A stretch of DNA of 64,000 nucleotides. Source: Podarcis pityusensis (Eukaryota). The translations under genes and the position numbers were made by a program. The DNA lies in assembly GCA_964106645.2 (NCBI GenBank), contig OZ067039.1. One strand, written 5' to 3'. Below, one piece after another: positions 12,583 through 25,702 of the stretch. The stretch's first letter is position 1, and every line of letters starts with the position of its first letter. The notes below the pieces were generated by a model. That model searched no databases, was not told where the DNA came from, and was given only the letters and a program-made list of their open reading frames with translations.

Positions 12583-13323
12583 CAGTGGTACCTTGGTTTT
12601 AGAACAGCTTAGTTTATTAACAACTTGGAAATAGATCGCTGGTGTTCCAGTTTGTGAACTTTGCCTTGGAAGCTGAATATGTTCCGCTTCCTGTTGAGTG
12701 TGTTCCGTTTGTAAATTGAGTCTCCCCGCTGCTAATCAGAGGCTTCCTGTTGAGTCTGTCAGCTGCTGAGTCCCAAGCACCCATGCAACACAGAGGTGAT
12801 ATTTGGAGCTTTTGTTTTTGTTATTTTTTTGTGTTTTTGTTTGTGTGGCTTTTTCATTTTTTTGACTGTGATTTGTTCTTCGTTTTATGGGATTGACTTG
12901 TGACTGTGGCTTATGATTTCATTTTTGTGACTTGTTTTTGTGACTGTGTGGAACCCAGTTCAGCTACTGATTGATTGATTGATTGTATGACTGCAGAAAT
13001 GGATAAAAGCCCCCCCATAAAAACAATGACTATCATCAGTGCACGTAAAGAATTTTTAAATTATTTTTTATCACCTACAATCCTGTCTTATTTATTTTAT
13101 AGTACAGTACATTGATTATTGCTTTCATTTTATGGATCAATGGTCTCGTTAGATATTTAAATTCATGTTAAATTTCTACTTTAGGGGTTGTTTTTAAAAG
13201 TCTGCAACAGATTAATCCATTTTGCATTACTTTCTATGGGAAAGAACGCCTTGGTTTTAGAGACAGACAGGTTTTGAAACAGACTTCTGGAACAGATTAA
13301 GTTTGGGAACCAAGGTACCACTG
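12583..13323. mobile_element. Tigger/pogo-like non-autonomous element (longer form)
   Basis: TA-cagtggtaccttggtt ... aaccaaggtaccactg-TA. Confidence 0.8.
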
Positions 13324-13457
13324 TACTCAGGAACACTGAAGGAGAAGCCACTCTCTTGCTCATTCAGCATTCCTGACATTCACTTTTGTACAATGAAATA
13401 GATTTGCAGAGTTTGAAGTTCTAAAATGAAATGGGTGCCTTTGTCACAAAGCCATAC

Positions 13458-13586
13458 CTTCCAGCAGTAATGAACATTTCATCCCTGCAGTTGGAACACA
13501 CCAATGTGGTGGGGTTCCCAGCACTACGTGCAGCAGCAGGGCTACCACAAATGGCCTCTTTCTTTGGGATGCTCCACACTACCACG
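13458..13586 (-). CDS. CFAP52: CFAP52 exon 4 (129 nt)
   Basis: VVVWSIPKKEAICGSPAAARSAGNPTTLVCSNCRDEMFITAG; AG/GT boundaries, phase consistent. Confidence 0.95.
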
Positions 13587-14987
13587 CTGCCAAAAAGGGG
13601 AAATAATTTTTAGCCAGTCATCCATTCATTTAACATTGTTCTCCGGTCAGCTTACAGCATAACGTGATAAAATACAATGAAGAACTTCCCGCTGAATTAT
13701 GGCTCCAATGTAAGTATGCACAAAATCAGAATCTTAGAAGCGTGACACGTAGAATTGGGTTCAGGCATAACAACAAACCATGGCATGGCATTACAAAAGC
13801 AAGCAGTCAAGGAGCTGCTCAGTCTTGCATGCTCCATCCTCCTCCCCTTGCACCTGCTGCTTTCCTATCTTCAAATGCTGGTTTCTGATTCCCATTTACA
13901 GGGCAGGCACAAACTATAGGTTGCCAGTTCAGATAAAATGTTTCAAATCAGGAAGATAGGCAGAAAATCATGGAGAACAAGAGAAAGGAGCACACAAAAC
14001 CCGCAGCTCCTTGACTCCTCATTGATCACTAAACCATCATTTGTTACATAGCTGTTCTAAAGAAACTGATTTTTCCATTTTGAAATACTCCCCCTCCCTA
14101 AGTTAAGTCCAACACTCAAAAGATAGTTGGGTAGAAGTGAATCTCATCTGGACTATTCCTTGGGGCATGAGTACCTTAGAATTAGACTGTAAATTTAACT
14201 TTGCCAGTGAATAGGACTGAGGATATTGACTACAACATCTCCACAACGTCACAAAACATATTGATGCCAATATTTCAGGTGTTGCAAGCAGATAAACTGT
14301 TACCAGGACCCAAACATGGTGGGGGAAGATACACTTTACTGGGACTAAGATCAAGGGGGGGGGGGGTCCAGCCTAACTTATTTTGCTGTATCAATGTACA
14401 GTACTTAGTAGTCAGATGTTATGAGACTTGCTGGAGTCAATCAGGAGTGTTAGGGTAGAACAAGCATGATTGTGAAGTGTATGTGTTTGTTTGTGTGTGT
14501 GTCCAGGCTTCCAGGAGCCCACCCACCATTGGCATTGTATTTTAGTCTGCTTTATTACTTAACTCACAAAGATTGAAGGCTGATTCTCTTAACCCTTATT
14601 TTTCTATTTCTCTTACATTTGTGTCAAGAGTTAGAGATAGAAAGGCCAACAGTGTAAACGGTAAGACTAGATCAGTCAGACATGATTTTGACTTATTTAA
14701 TTGACAGACCAGTTTGCAGCAGTTTTGTCACTTGTGCATATCAGCCTCATTTCAAAATTACAAATACATCATCTGCTAATTTCTCCCAGCTTCCACACAT
14801 GCATCTTTGGGAAACACATGAGTAGGGAAAAGTAATGTTGGAGTTGTTCTGAAAAGAACTCAAAGCAAATAAATGGAAACAGACATAGACAGACAGGCAT
14901 AGACAGGGGTTGTCATCTACTTCACATTTGATTCCTGGTTTATATAATGAAAAAGGAAAAGGAAAGCTACTTTTCAATTAATGTTAC

Positions 14988-15124
14988 CTTCCATCATCCT
15001 GACCTCCCAGCGATACTAGGTAAAGGTCATTTGGAGAGAATGCTAGACTTTCAATTTTACCCTTGTGAAGTGATAGCCGAGTCAACATCTCTTTTTTCTG
15101 GTAATCCCATAAAATTATATCAGC
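14988..15124 (-). CDS. CFAP52: CFAP52 exon 3 (137 nt)
   Basis: ttccag acceptor; ADIILWDYQKKEMLTRLSLHKGKIESLAFSPNDLYLVSLGGQDDG; donor GTAACA. Confidence 0.95.
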
Positions 15125-15990
15125 CTGGAACACACAAAAATAAGTATCAGCATAGTAACAACACTTAGGTCAGTTCCAAAACATGTGATGTGAAAGATAC
15201 TGGAACAAAACAAAACCTGAAATTTAAAAAGCCATAAACAACTCATCTTAAACAGCCCTATGGATCAGCTACAGGCTTACTGAGTAAGAGAGCTTGCTGA
15301 ATCAGTTACCTAACACAAGCATATCTCACTTTAAAGGCAAATGGCAGGGCCAAGAAGAATGTACCAACACAAGGCAGAAGTGCTGAAAAACATGAATGGT
15401 TTGACGTGATCCATATTTTTAAAGCATTGTCAAGTTTCTATTCAGTCTTCAGTCTAGGTGTTTACACAGTAATTAAGCAACACTGTTGGCTTCCATATAA
15501 GGAAGTAAAAGTTTCTAAGGCAGAGATGGCTAACCTGTGGGCCTCCAGATACTTTTAGAGGTCCAACTCTCATCAGCTGCAGGCAGCATGGTCAGGAATG
15601 CTGGGAGCTGTAAGCCAACATGGAGAACCACAGGTTAGACACTCTTGCTTGAAGTGATTTGCTCAGGGCCACATGGTATGCTATGAAGTAAATCAGAAAT
15701 TCAACATCTTCCTTGTCGTTTAAAATTTGGCTTGCAGCATCCCCCTCCGAATTGCATGTTTACAACTGCACTGGGCCCACATGAAAGTAAATAAAACAAG
15801 GTTATTCAGAGGTATTGCTCATGGGTGTAATGTTATGAGACCTAAACCAGTAGACACGACACAGCCTAAAGGCTAAACAACCAGGCCAGTATTGAGAAAC
15901 CAGATATCAGAACCATGCTTTTGCTAGGTCTTTGTTTGCAGCACCCACTGGGTGTCCAATACATTTTTTAAAAGGTGTCCTTTTATGCAC

Positions 15991-16190
15991 CTTGAATCCC
16001 ATGAATGTGATCTGTCCAGAAGCCACATAGGATCCACTTGAAGAAACCGTGACACAGGAGACATTGTTGGTGTGACCGTGTAGAAAAGCCTGAGTGCGAA
16101 TATTTATGCCTTGGACAATGACTGTGCAGCCCAAAGGGTAGATGAGGTGCTCTCGATCTGGGTGGCAGATGAGGCCAAAGGGTACATGCC
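15991..16190 (-). CDS. CFAP52: CFAP52 exon 2 (200 nt)
   Basis: ttacag acceptor; GHVPFGLICHPDREHLIYPLGCTV...SGQITFMGFK; donor GTGCAT. Confidence 0.95.
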
Positions 16191-17798
16191 CTGTAAGCAA
16201 AGGAAGGACATGAAAGAGAAAGTCAGAGTCATGTTCTAGGGAACTCTGAGCATTAGTTAGCTGCACTGAGGTGAGGGAGGGTTCTTCTTAGATACCTTCT
16301 ACTGTCCTTTCCACATGCAGTAAATGACAGTTCGTGATAATACCGTATGAGCACAGGATGTCTGTTCTATGCTAACCCACGCTGCTCAGAATACAGACTG
16401 CTCTGCACTTCACAAGTGTTTGATCATGCTTCCTGCCACTCAGATTTTCTCCCAATCTCTCATTCCACTCTGCTCTTCCTAGGCATTAGGGAATATACTG
16501 AACTGAATACAGAGTTTGATCTAGCCTAAAGTTTTAAGGCAGAACTCTGTGCTCAGACCCTTTTTGATCCATACAGATTGGCTCCCAGTGCGCCCTACCT
16601 TTGGGCAGAGATCTAAGAGATAGAAGGTTGTGGTTCTCAGTTGCTTTAAATATTTAACCTAATTTTTTCCCCCAGTTATGGCTTCTGGGAGAATGCTGAA
16701 GGAGCTCCCATTCCACAGTCTGAACCGCAACGGGATTGCTGAAAAACTTAGATGCTCAAATCTTTTCCTGCAACTCTGTGCTTCCTCCAAATCAAAACGC
16801 ACAAGTCTCACTCACTCTGTGAACTGAACTCTACATTTTATGTCCCCACTAAACCCTTTAAAATGCAACTATTGTACTTTCCGTAAAAAAAATGCCTAGT
16901 CGCCAATGCTGGTTTTCCATTGTTTGCTTTTCATGGAAAGTTCCCCAAGGTGAGCAAGTATTCTGAACTGAAGCTCCTCCTTTAATATATTACAAACTTA
17001 CAGAGAATGCCTTCAGCCAGAGAGGGCATCTGGTTTGCTTCCATGAGGACTTTAAAAGCACGCCAAATAAAGCCCAGCAACTGATCACTCCTCCATATCC
17101 AGACCCCTGAACCAACTCACTTCTCATTTCTTGGTACTGCACCCTAAAGACTCCACTAGACCGTAAACAAAGCTCACCGAGGTTACATCCCAGAACGTTA
17201 TTTTATTTTTGTGTGTTGGTTAGACTTTCCCCTTGGTATGCTCAGAGCAACTAACAAAATAACCATTGCACAAAACAGTTACAGCAGTTTGGTATAAACC
17301 CGTAAGAGGCACAAGCTTTGTCACAGGAAAGCTTATTCTTGATTGAGAGACTTGGAAAACTGGATTTGGCCACTTCTCTCGGCCGCTGTCAATTATACGT
17401 CTTGCTGCTGCAGCAAGAATGGAAAGAGGAAATGTAGGGATGGAAATGGGAAAGCTAGATTTATTAGCACTACCCCCCCCCTTCCCCACAACTGGCGGGT
17501 AAAGTACGGTATATGCACGTGCAAAAGTTTTTTTTTTTTTTAATACTTATATCTCGCCATTCCACAGTTCTGAGAGGCGGTTTTGAAAGCCACAGCTAGG
17601 AAAGAAGGCAGGTGCCCTTGAGCATGGAGTAAGACGGCCCTTCACCAGCTTCCGAAACCGGGGCGTCCCACTTCTCCAGGCACCCGACTTTGAGCCCCGG
17701 CACCTTTTCTTCCAGCGAGCGAGCACTCAGCGCCCCTGCCCCCTTCACCTCACTCAGGCACAGGCGACAACCTCCCCGCCCCTCTTCTCGCCTGGTAC

Positions 17799-17883
17799 CA
17801 TTGAAGCCGATGATCGCCTCCAGCTGGAGGCCTTCCAGCTCTTCCTTGGTGGACCCGCTCTCCCCGTTCGGGAGGGCCGCCAT
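17799..17883 (-). CDS. CFAP52: CFAP52 (WDR16) coding exon 1
   Basis: MAALPNGESGSTKEELEGLQLEAIIGFN-G matches recalled human ..ELELDAVIGFNG; lies in a CpG island; phase-1 donor G|GTACCA. Confidence 0.9.
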
Positions 17884-17920
17884 GGCCTCCTCCTCCAGCG
17901 CTCAGGGGTTGTGTACGGCC

Positions 17921-17934
17921 GTCGCCAAGGAAAC
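17921..17934. promoter_or_regulatory. RFX X-box
   Basis: GTCGCCAAGGAAAC (reverse complement GTTTCCTTGGCGAC) fits the X-box consensus; 38-51 bp upstream of the ATG of a motile-cilia gene. Confidence 0.7.
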
Positions 17935-18463
17935 CGCGCAGGCGCGCAGGAGGCCCGCGCGCTCTCACACGCCTCTGCCCCAGGACCTCTGCGCGCGCGC
18001 GGGCGCCTCTTTGGTGGAAAGCAAAGGAAGCAGAGCGTGGCTTCGGTCCACGGGAGGAGACGCGTCTCTTGGTTCCTCCTCCTTTTGAGGCGCCCGCAAA
18101 GCTACTCGGTCGGCGGGCGAGAGGGGACATCATTCTGAGCTGTGTGGGGCAGCAGGTTCCTTCCTCCTGCAGACGCCTAAGTGGGGACCACGAGGGCTCC
18201 TTCTGACCAGATCATAATAACCCCAAGCACGCTGTTAAGACGCGGGTGCGGAAGGGGCTCTCCAGGCTCCCAGTGGCCGCCTGCCCCGCACCCCTGGCTT
18301 GATACAGTTCGTCCTGTATTTCGGGTCTCCCCTCTCTCTCTCCTCTCCAAATACAAATGTTTGAAAGGTCACGGATTTAAGCTCTGAGTTGCAAAGCACA
18401 GGCAGAGTTACAAATTCACGTGTGTGTGTGTGTCAAATTCCAGAGGCGCCGTCCTGTTAGGCT

Positions 18464-20339
18464 CATAGCTGTCAACTTACAGATTTGAAAATAAGGGACC
18501 AGCAGCCTTGAAAATAAGGGACCAGCAGCCAAAATATGGGACCTGCAGCCTCACCTGTTCCAGGCACTCCAGTCTTCCTGTCCTCCTGCAGTCTGGTCAA
18601 ACTCATGCTGGTAGCTTCGAGAACACTGTCCAACCAACTTTGTAACCAGAGATTCAACTGAATAGAATCTGAATCACATGCACCACAAGGCCTATGCAAC
18701 CTCAGCTTAAGATGGCTCCCCGGCCTGGCTTTGCACTGCAAAGTTTGCAGCAGCACGTGCAACAAAATGGCGTCCAACATTCAAAAAACTCCTCAGCTTG
18801 CATTAACTAGCCACACACAAGGCATGCAAGCTCCACCCCCCAGTCATTCTTAGACTTCTTATTGGGTGAGCAACACAGCCAAGCAACACAGTTGGAGCCT
18901 CCCTCCTCCCTGGCCAGCAGGGAGGGAGGGAGATGAGCTGCTTCCTTTGAAATTTAAGGGACATCATTTAAGGGACAGATGGCCAAGCATGCAAAAGGAA
19001 GGGAGATAGTAGTAATGGGGGACTTCAATTACCCGGATATTTGACAGAATTACAAGCCTGGTAGATGAAGGGAACGCAGTGGATGTAGCCTACCTTGATT
19101 TCAGCAAGGCATTTGACAAGGTGCCCCATGATATTCTTGTAAAGAAGCTGGTAAAATGCGGTCTTGACTATGCTACCACTCAGTGGATTTGTAACTGGCT
19201 GACTGACCGAACCCAAAGGGTGCTCATCAATGGTTCCTCTTCATCCTGGAGAAGAGTGACTAGTGGGGTGCCACAGGGTTCTGTCTTGGGCCCGGTCTTA
19301 TTCAACATCTTTATCAACGACTTGGATGATGGACTCAAGGGCATCCTGATCAAATTTGCAGATGACACCAAATTGGGAGGGGTGGCTAACACCCCAGAGG
19401 ACAGGATCACACTTCAAAATGACCTTGACAGATTAGAGAACTGGGCCAAAACAAACAAGATGAATTTTAACAGGGAGAAATGTAAAGTATTGCACTTGGG
19501 CAAAAAAAATGAGAGGCACAAATACAAGATGGGTGACACCTGGCTTGAGAGCAGTACATGTGAAAAGGATCTAGGAGTCTTGGTTGACCACGAACTTGAC
19601 ATGAGCCAACAGTGTGACGCGGCAGCTAAAAAAGCCAATGCAATTCTGGGCTGCATCAATAGGAGTATAGCATCTAGATCAAGGGAAGTAATAGTGCCAC
19701 TGTATTCTGCTCTGGTCAGACCTCACCTGGAGTACTGTGTCCAGTTCTGGGCACCACAGTTCAAGAAGGACACTGACAAACTGGAACGGGTCCAGAGGAG
19801 GGCAACCAAAATGGTCAAAGGCCTGGAAACGATGCCTTATGAGGAATGGCTAAGGGAGCTGGGCATGTTTAGCATGGAGAAGAGGAGGTTAAGGGGTGAT
19901 ATGATAGCCATGTTCAAATATATAAAAGGATGTCACATAGAGGAGGGAGAAAGGTTTTCTGCTGCTCCAGAGAAGCGGACACGGAGCAATGGATCCAAAC
20001 TACAAGAAAGAAGATTCCACCTAAACATTAGGAAGAACTTCCTGACAGTAAGAGCTGTTTGACAGTGGAATTTGCTGCCAAGGAGTGTGGTGGAGTCTCC
20101 TTCTTTGGAGGTCTTTAAGCAGAGGCTTGACAACCATATGTCAGGAGTGCTCTGATGGTGTTTCCTGCTTGGCAGGGGGTTGGACTCGATGGCCCTTGTG
20201 GTCTCTTCCAACTCTATGATTCTATGATTCTATGATTCTAAGGGACATTTAAGGGACATCCATCAATAAGGGACAGCAGCAGGACATGGCGCTGGAATAA
20301 GAGACTGTCCCTTCAAATAAGGGACACTTGACAGCTATG
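18464..20339. mobile_element. hAT non-autonomous DNA transposon hosting a CR1 insertion
   Basis: TIR catagctgtcaa / ttgacagctatg; perfect 8-bp TSD gttaggct; repeated AAGGGAC subterminal motifs. Confidence 0.85.
18978..20238 (+). mobile_element. CR1 LINE, 5'-truncated and internally deleted; RT fragment ORF 19079-20062
   Basis: [18 protein letters not shown] and FADD RT motifs; (ATTCTATG)n 3' tail. Confidence 0.95.
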
Positions 20340-21545
20340 GTTAGGCTGCGATAGGTTGCAATGGATTGCTTTGAAGTCACTTCAACACCAGATGGAAATA
20401 AAATCCCAACCGCCCTGCTTCACCTTGTCCTGTATTTTGTCAGAACAAAGGTGGCAACCCTAGTTGGACTTCAGTTCCCAGCAACAGCGCCTTTCGTCAA
20501 TGGCCCATGGAGAGGGATGGTGTGAGTTGGAGTACAGGAATATATATGGGTGACTGCAGGGTTCCCCGCGCCTGCTATGAGGCGATGCCCTCAGCTCCTT
20601 GAGGAGAAGCTGCAAATCTCAGCGAAGGATTCATAGAAAGAGTGAGAAAGGCCAGCTTTTCTCTACGTTCTCCTCAAATCCTCCCCCCTCTCCAAAAGCG
20701 TTCTTTGTCAGTTTGAAAACTGTGTGATCCTATGCACGTTTACTCAGAAGTTAGTGGAGTTGTGTTTTATGGGGCTTGTGGCCAGGAAACTATGCATAGA
20801 GTAGTATATGGGAAGGTTGGAGGAACTGGGTATACTTAGCCCAGAGTTGAGATGTGATGCCACTCTTCAGATGCCCTTGCCGTGTAGGGAAGAGCAAATG
20901 GACTTGTTCTTTGCTGCCACGGAGAGCAACAGACCTAAGGTGAATTTCAGTTGAACAGTAGGAGACAGTTCTTTATAACAAGGGCAGTTGAACAATGGGA
21001 TCAATTACCTGGAGAGATCAGAAGACTTCATGACTGGATGTCATCAAGCAAAGGCTGGACATGGTTTTCCCTCTAGATTTTCTGCTTAAAACAAGGTGTT
21101 GAATTAAATGGCCTCCAAGCCTCTCCCGCCTCCTTCCCAACTCTCTGGTTGTTTTTGTTTATTTCTGTGTTTCTGTGCTGCTTTTCTGCCACCAAATGGC
21201 TCTCCAGGAAGTTTACAATCGGTGCTAAAAAGAAATCATATGTAAACAATCAATATCACTGAACAATACTGTCTAACAAACAAATTAAAATAGACATCCA
21301 GTTATGAAGGACAGCAGCAGTTAAAACCGTCCTCAAAATTTAAAACAGGAGAGCAGGATGCATAAAATAACTGCTTAAGGAGACCTTTTAAAAAGGCTGC
21401 TTTTAAAAGCTTTTTGAAAGGTTGCTATGGTTACATCTTTTTTACACCACATAATAACCACATATTCAGGTCTCCTGAATACATATGCATAGTCTGAAGT
21501 ATGGAATGGGTTATTCATTCCCTAAACAGTGCTTCCCTGTCTATG

Positions 21546-22466
21546 CCTTCTTCTTCTTTGGCAATCATTCGTAGCCGAGTAAGATTGTCTTCCATAAACA
21601 CAGTTTTAACAATGAGTCCGTAAGTGACTGTGGAGGCCAATTCTGGATCCACACATCCTTCCACAGTGGGGACATTGGTTTCCAGGTGGGAGTTGATCAC
21701 GGTGTGGATTTGCCAAGCATGCCTTCCTCTTAGCACTTTTTTCCTTTGCGTCCTGAGTTCGAGTGTCTTCAAAGCCCATGACACCTTTGATAAAGGCTGT
21801 TCTCCAACTGGAGTGCTCGCAGGCAAGTGTTTCCCAATTGTTAGTGTTTATACTACATTTTTAAAAATTTGCCTTGAGACACTCTTTAAACCTCTTTTGT
21901 TGACCACCAGCATTACTCTTTCCATTTTTATGTTCGGAATAGAGTAGTAGTTGCTTTGGAAGACGATAATCAGGCATCCACACAACATGACCAATCCAAT
22001 GAAGTTGATGTTGAAGAATCATTGCTTCAACACTGGTGATCTTTGCTTCTTCCAGTACACTGGTATTAGTTTGCCTGTCTTTCCAAGTGAAGTGTAAATT
22101 TTTTCGGAGGCATCATTGATGGAATCTTTCGAGGAGTTGGAGATGGCGTTTATAAGTGGTCCATGTTTCACAAGCATACAGTAAGGTTGGTAGTACAATA
22201 GCTTTGTAAACAAGCATTTTGGTTTTCCTGAGAATGTCCCAGTCCTCAAACACTCTACACTTCAATCAGGAGAAAGCCGCACTCGCAGAGCTCAGGCGGT
22301 GCTGGATTTCAACATTAATGTCAGCCCTTGTGGAAAGATAACTGCCCAGGTAGCAGAAGTGATTGACATTTTCCAACGTTACACCATTGAGTTGGATTTG
22401 TGGTGCTGCAGAGGGGTTATTTTGTACTTGTTGGTGCAGCACTTTGTGTTTTTTGTGTTTTTGTTT
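21546..22466 (-). mobile_element. RTE-clade LINE 3' fragment (degenerate)
   Basis: Minus-strand frames give YKAIVLPTLLYACETWT and a C-terminal Cys/His knuckle CPHCGRMCGSRIGLHSHLRTH; (GAA)n tail; possible TSD tgtctatg. Confidence 0.85.
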
Positions 22467-25400
22467 TGTCTATGTACTATGACATCCGTTGATGTGTGAA
22501 GCAGAAGGGCTCAGAGTCATGCTCCCAGTCACCTCCCCAATACATAAGGAAACAAAAGTCTCCTCTTTTCTGTGGCATAATTATGACTAAATGTTGATCA
22601 GCTATACAGACAGGGAGATTTACAGTGCAATGAATACACGTTTGCTCAGAATTAAGCCCCATTGAGTTCAATAGCACTAAGATTCTGTTTAGGGGAAAAT
22701 AATCGGTTTCTTGCAGCTCTTTGAAGATCTTCTTTTATAATGTTGCCATGTAGAAATGTGGAGTAGAATACATAATGTATACAAACGTCATAGCTCCAAA
22801 GAAACATAATTGATGTGTGCTTCCTCTCACCTGTTCAAATTCACCTACTCGTATCATGGGGGAGCCTGGTCCCTCTCAGGAAGCTGAATTGGAAGTATGT
22901 TCCCCCTCAACTCCACTGAAACTAGAAGTCTGGGACTTACAGTGCAATCCTATGTGTATCCAGGCCTGTTCAATGGGACCTTATTTCCAGGTGAGTGATA
23001 GAGGGTTACAGCCTTAGAAAGCTCATCTTCATCCTCCGTGGTCTGTCCAAACCACTTCCAAATGGTTTCAGAACGTTGAATAACTGAACAAAGCATAAAT
23101 AGAATATGGCAGGCACTGATAACAAGATTCAACATTTTCTGAAATGGGATCTGGAGGAGTTAAATCTTGCCTTTCTGGGAAATTCCAGGGCCCCATCACT
23201 CCCAATTAAACAATAAGGAGCCTCATATGCACTGCTCTGCTAAGGCCTAGTGAAGATGACTTGTTTCTTAGAAGATGCCATTGTATCAATATACTAAGTT
23301 TTAATCTCCTTAGCTATCGCAGGGAGAGGAGAACAATTAGGAGATATGAGAATGCCATAGGGACAGTGTAAATATCTTTATGTTTATTTTTTTAATGTTC
23401 TGTGCTGGTTTTTTATGTGGATTTTGACTTCTTTTGATGCTTTATATGTTTTCATCTTGGTTGTATTAATCTGGTTTTCAATTATGCTTTGATGTGTTTG
23501 AACATGCTGTTATATTGTTTTGTGAATTGCCCAGAGGCCTTGTTTTAATGGGTGGTATATAAATGTCAAAATTTAAATTAAAACAAATTAAATAAAATAA
23601 AGCCTGACATGCTAGAAGCTAAATCCTGGCTGGAATCAGGTCCCAGACAAGTTCTTATTTCTGCTCACTGATGCCGCAGGACACCTAGCTCGCTCAACTG
23701 TTTGAAAAATGCTCCAATGTCAAGTAATCTTTTGAGGGAGAACCACTCTTCTCCTCAGGCTGTAGCAATGATTGTTGGGATCACTGCAGCTTCTTAGGGC
23801 TGCCACTATACTCAAGCTGTAAATGGACAAAAATGTGTAAGCTTCTGCCTTTTTCCATATTTTTAGGATTCTGTTGAGAGAGTAATGCCAGGATTAAATA
23901 TTTATAGGGGCACTGCTAACAAATTCACCCAAAGTGTCATTAAGGGTTCCCTGGAACGTGGCAAGGCTCTTAGCTCGATCGGGTGGTTCATTGTCAAATG
24001 CACATTCTGGGAGCTTTTCCTTTTGCATGGAGCAAAGCAATCATTTTGATAAACTAAAGTGTCTTGAATCAATCTGCTTCCCGCCCCCCTCTCTTCCAGT
24101 TGACTTGCTTCCTTTCCTTCTAGCTACTGTAGGGTAGAGAATCCTCCTTTTGATAGGGGCTGCCCTACTTTCAGGCAAGCTGCCACTATTTTAGTTTTTT
24201 CCTAAGGTAGGACAGGCAGCCAATTATGCTATCTTTGGCAAGTGCTGGTGTGTGTATCTGTGTGTCCTACTTTATCAGGCATCTGTACCTGTTCCGACTA
24301 AAGGAACACTTTTTCTCATCAGGAGTCTGTGTGCTTTGTGGAGATTGAACAGCCTGTATGTATCTGCCCTGACTCTGCCTTCTAAGCCTGGTTAAGGAGC
24401 TGGTGTGTTTCTCAATTCACGGAGCACTGGTCATATCTATGAGAAATTGAGCACATTAGTGTCAGGCAAGAAGGAGACAAACAGTAGTCCTGGAATACAG
24501 CAGGCCACTGCTTTTATCTGATTAACTACAGAAAAATCAATTTATGTCAGTGTCTGTGTGAAAGAAAAAAGGATGGGGCAGGCAAGGAGTTTGATGTCTG
24601 TGCTGCCTGCATGACTGGCCTGGAGCTCCATGGCACAATTGCCTTCAAGCCTATTGACTATACCAGTTGATGGGAATCAGTGTCCTGTTTGCCATAAGCA
24701 TCTAGTTGACCACTGGAAACAGAATGCTGAACTAGATTGACTTTTGGTCTGATCCAGCAGGGCTCTTCCGATGTACATATATTCAACAAAGAAGCTCTGT
24801 GTGTGTTGTGAGAGGGGTCACAATTCAGTGGAATTAAATGCCGTGCTATTATGATTGTTCCATCAGTGCAAGCATTTCTGCTTGCCAGATGAAACAAATC
24901 TCTCCTTCCCTGTGCATTGTTCTGGGGGTTCTCCCAAACCTCCAGAATAGATTTGGGGAAGGAGAAAAGGCTCATTGCACTAGTGGAAGTCCTTGCACAG
25001 GCTTTCACTACTGTACCAAGTTGGTTGAATCTGGCCCTCTCTGGTGGAGCACATAGTTCAACCACAGCACATTCTGGTTCCCACAGCTGCCTAGAACCTG
25101 CAGAGTGGTCCTCAGCTACCCCAACTTGTTTACAGGTGCCTAGCATGTTAGCACAGGTTTCTTGCTTCAGCATCAATGAGCCTTAATCTCCCTTCCCTCA
25201 CTATTCCACCTGTGATGAAATCTATTGTCAGTAATAATTAATGCCACATTTTAACTGAAAGGCAATAACACAAAGAAGGTGTACATGCCTCGCCACTGCC
25301 ATTTAGGACAGCATGAAACCATTCCTTCCTGGCACTCAGTAGACCTGGCTACGGACTAGAATATCTTGACAGCATCAGAAGATGGATGGGTCCCACAGTC

Positions 25401-25702
25401 CACCTGACCTGAATATGACCAAGCTAGTGGTCATATTGGCCTTATATAGTTGCTCATATGTGTTCACAGCGCGCTGGACATATGCAAAATATGAATGAGG
25501 CATCTCACCTACTTTAACACTGTATATTGTCTTGAAGCGAAATGAACACAAGCAGAGCTGGACTGAAGTATTTCCTTTTCAGACATGGTTTGTTTGTTTG
25601 TTTGTCAGAATTGAGTCCTACGTAAAAAATAAGAATTGGAACCAAATAGTAGTTGAAAGTTAACTTGCATTTCTAATAGCTGACAAAATGTATGAACATA
25701 GG

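Larger units (their letters stand above)
17560..18330. promoter_or_regulatory. CpG island / CFAP52 promoter (approximate limits)
   Basis: GC- and CpG-rich stretch around exon 1 in an otherwise CpG-depleted window; GCGC tracts resembling NRF1 sites. Confidence 0.8.

Noticed and set aside
17690-18387. Several ORFs over the CFAP52 promoter
   Set aside because: Stop-poor CpG-island sequence
19079-20062. 327-aa reverse transcriptase ORF as a domesticated gene or retron-like system
   Set aside because: Ordinary CR1 ORF2 fragment with the typical CR1 3' tail; truncated and without a promoter
24658-25186. 172-aa minus-strand ORF and overlapping ORFs
   Set aside because: Non-ATG start, no recognisable domain, runs into a repeat remnant
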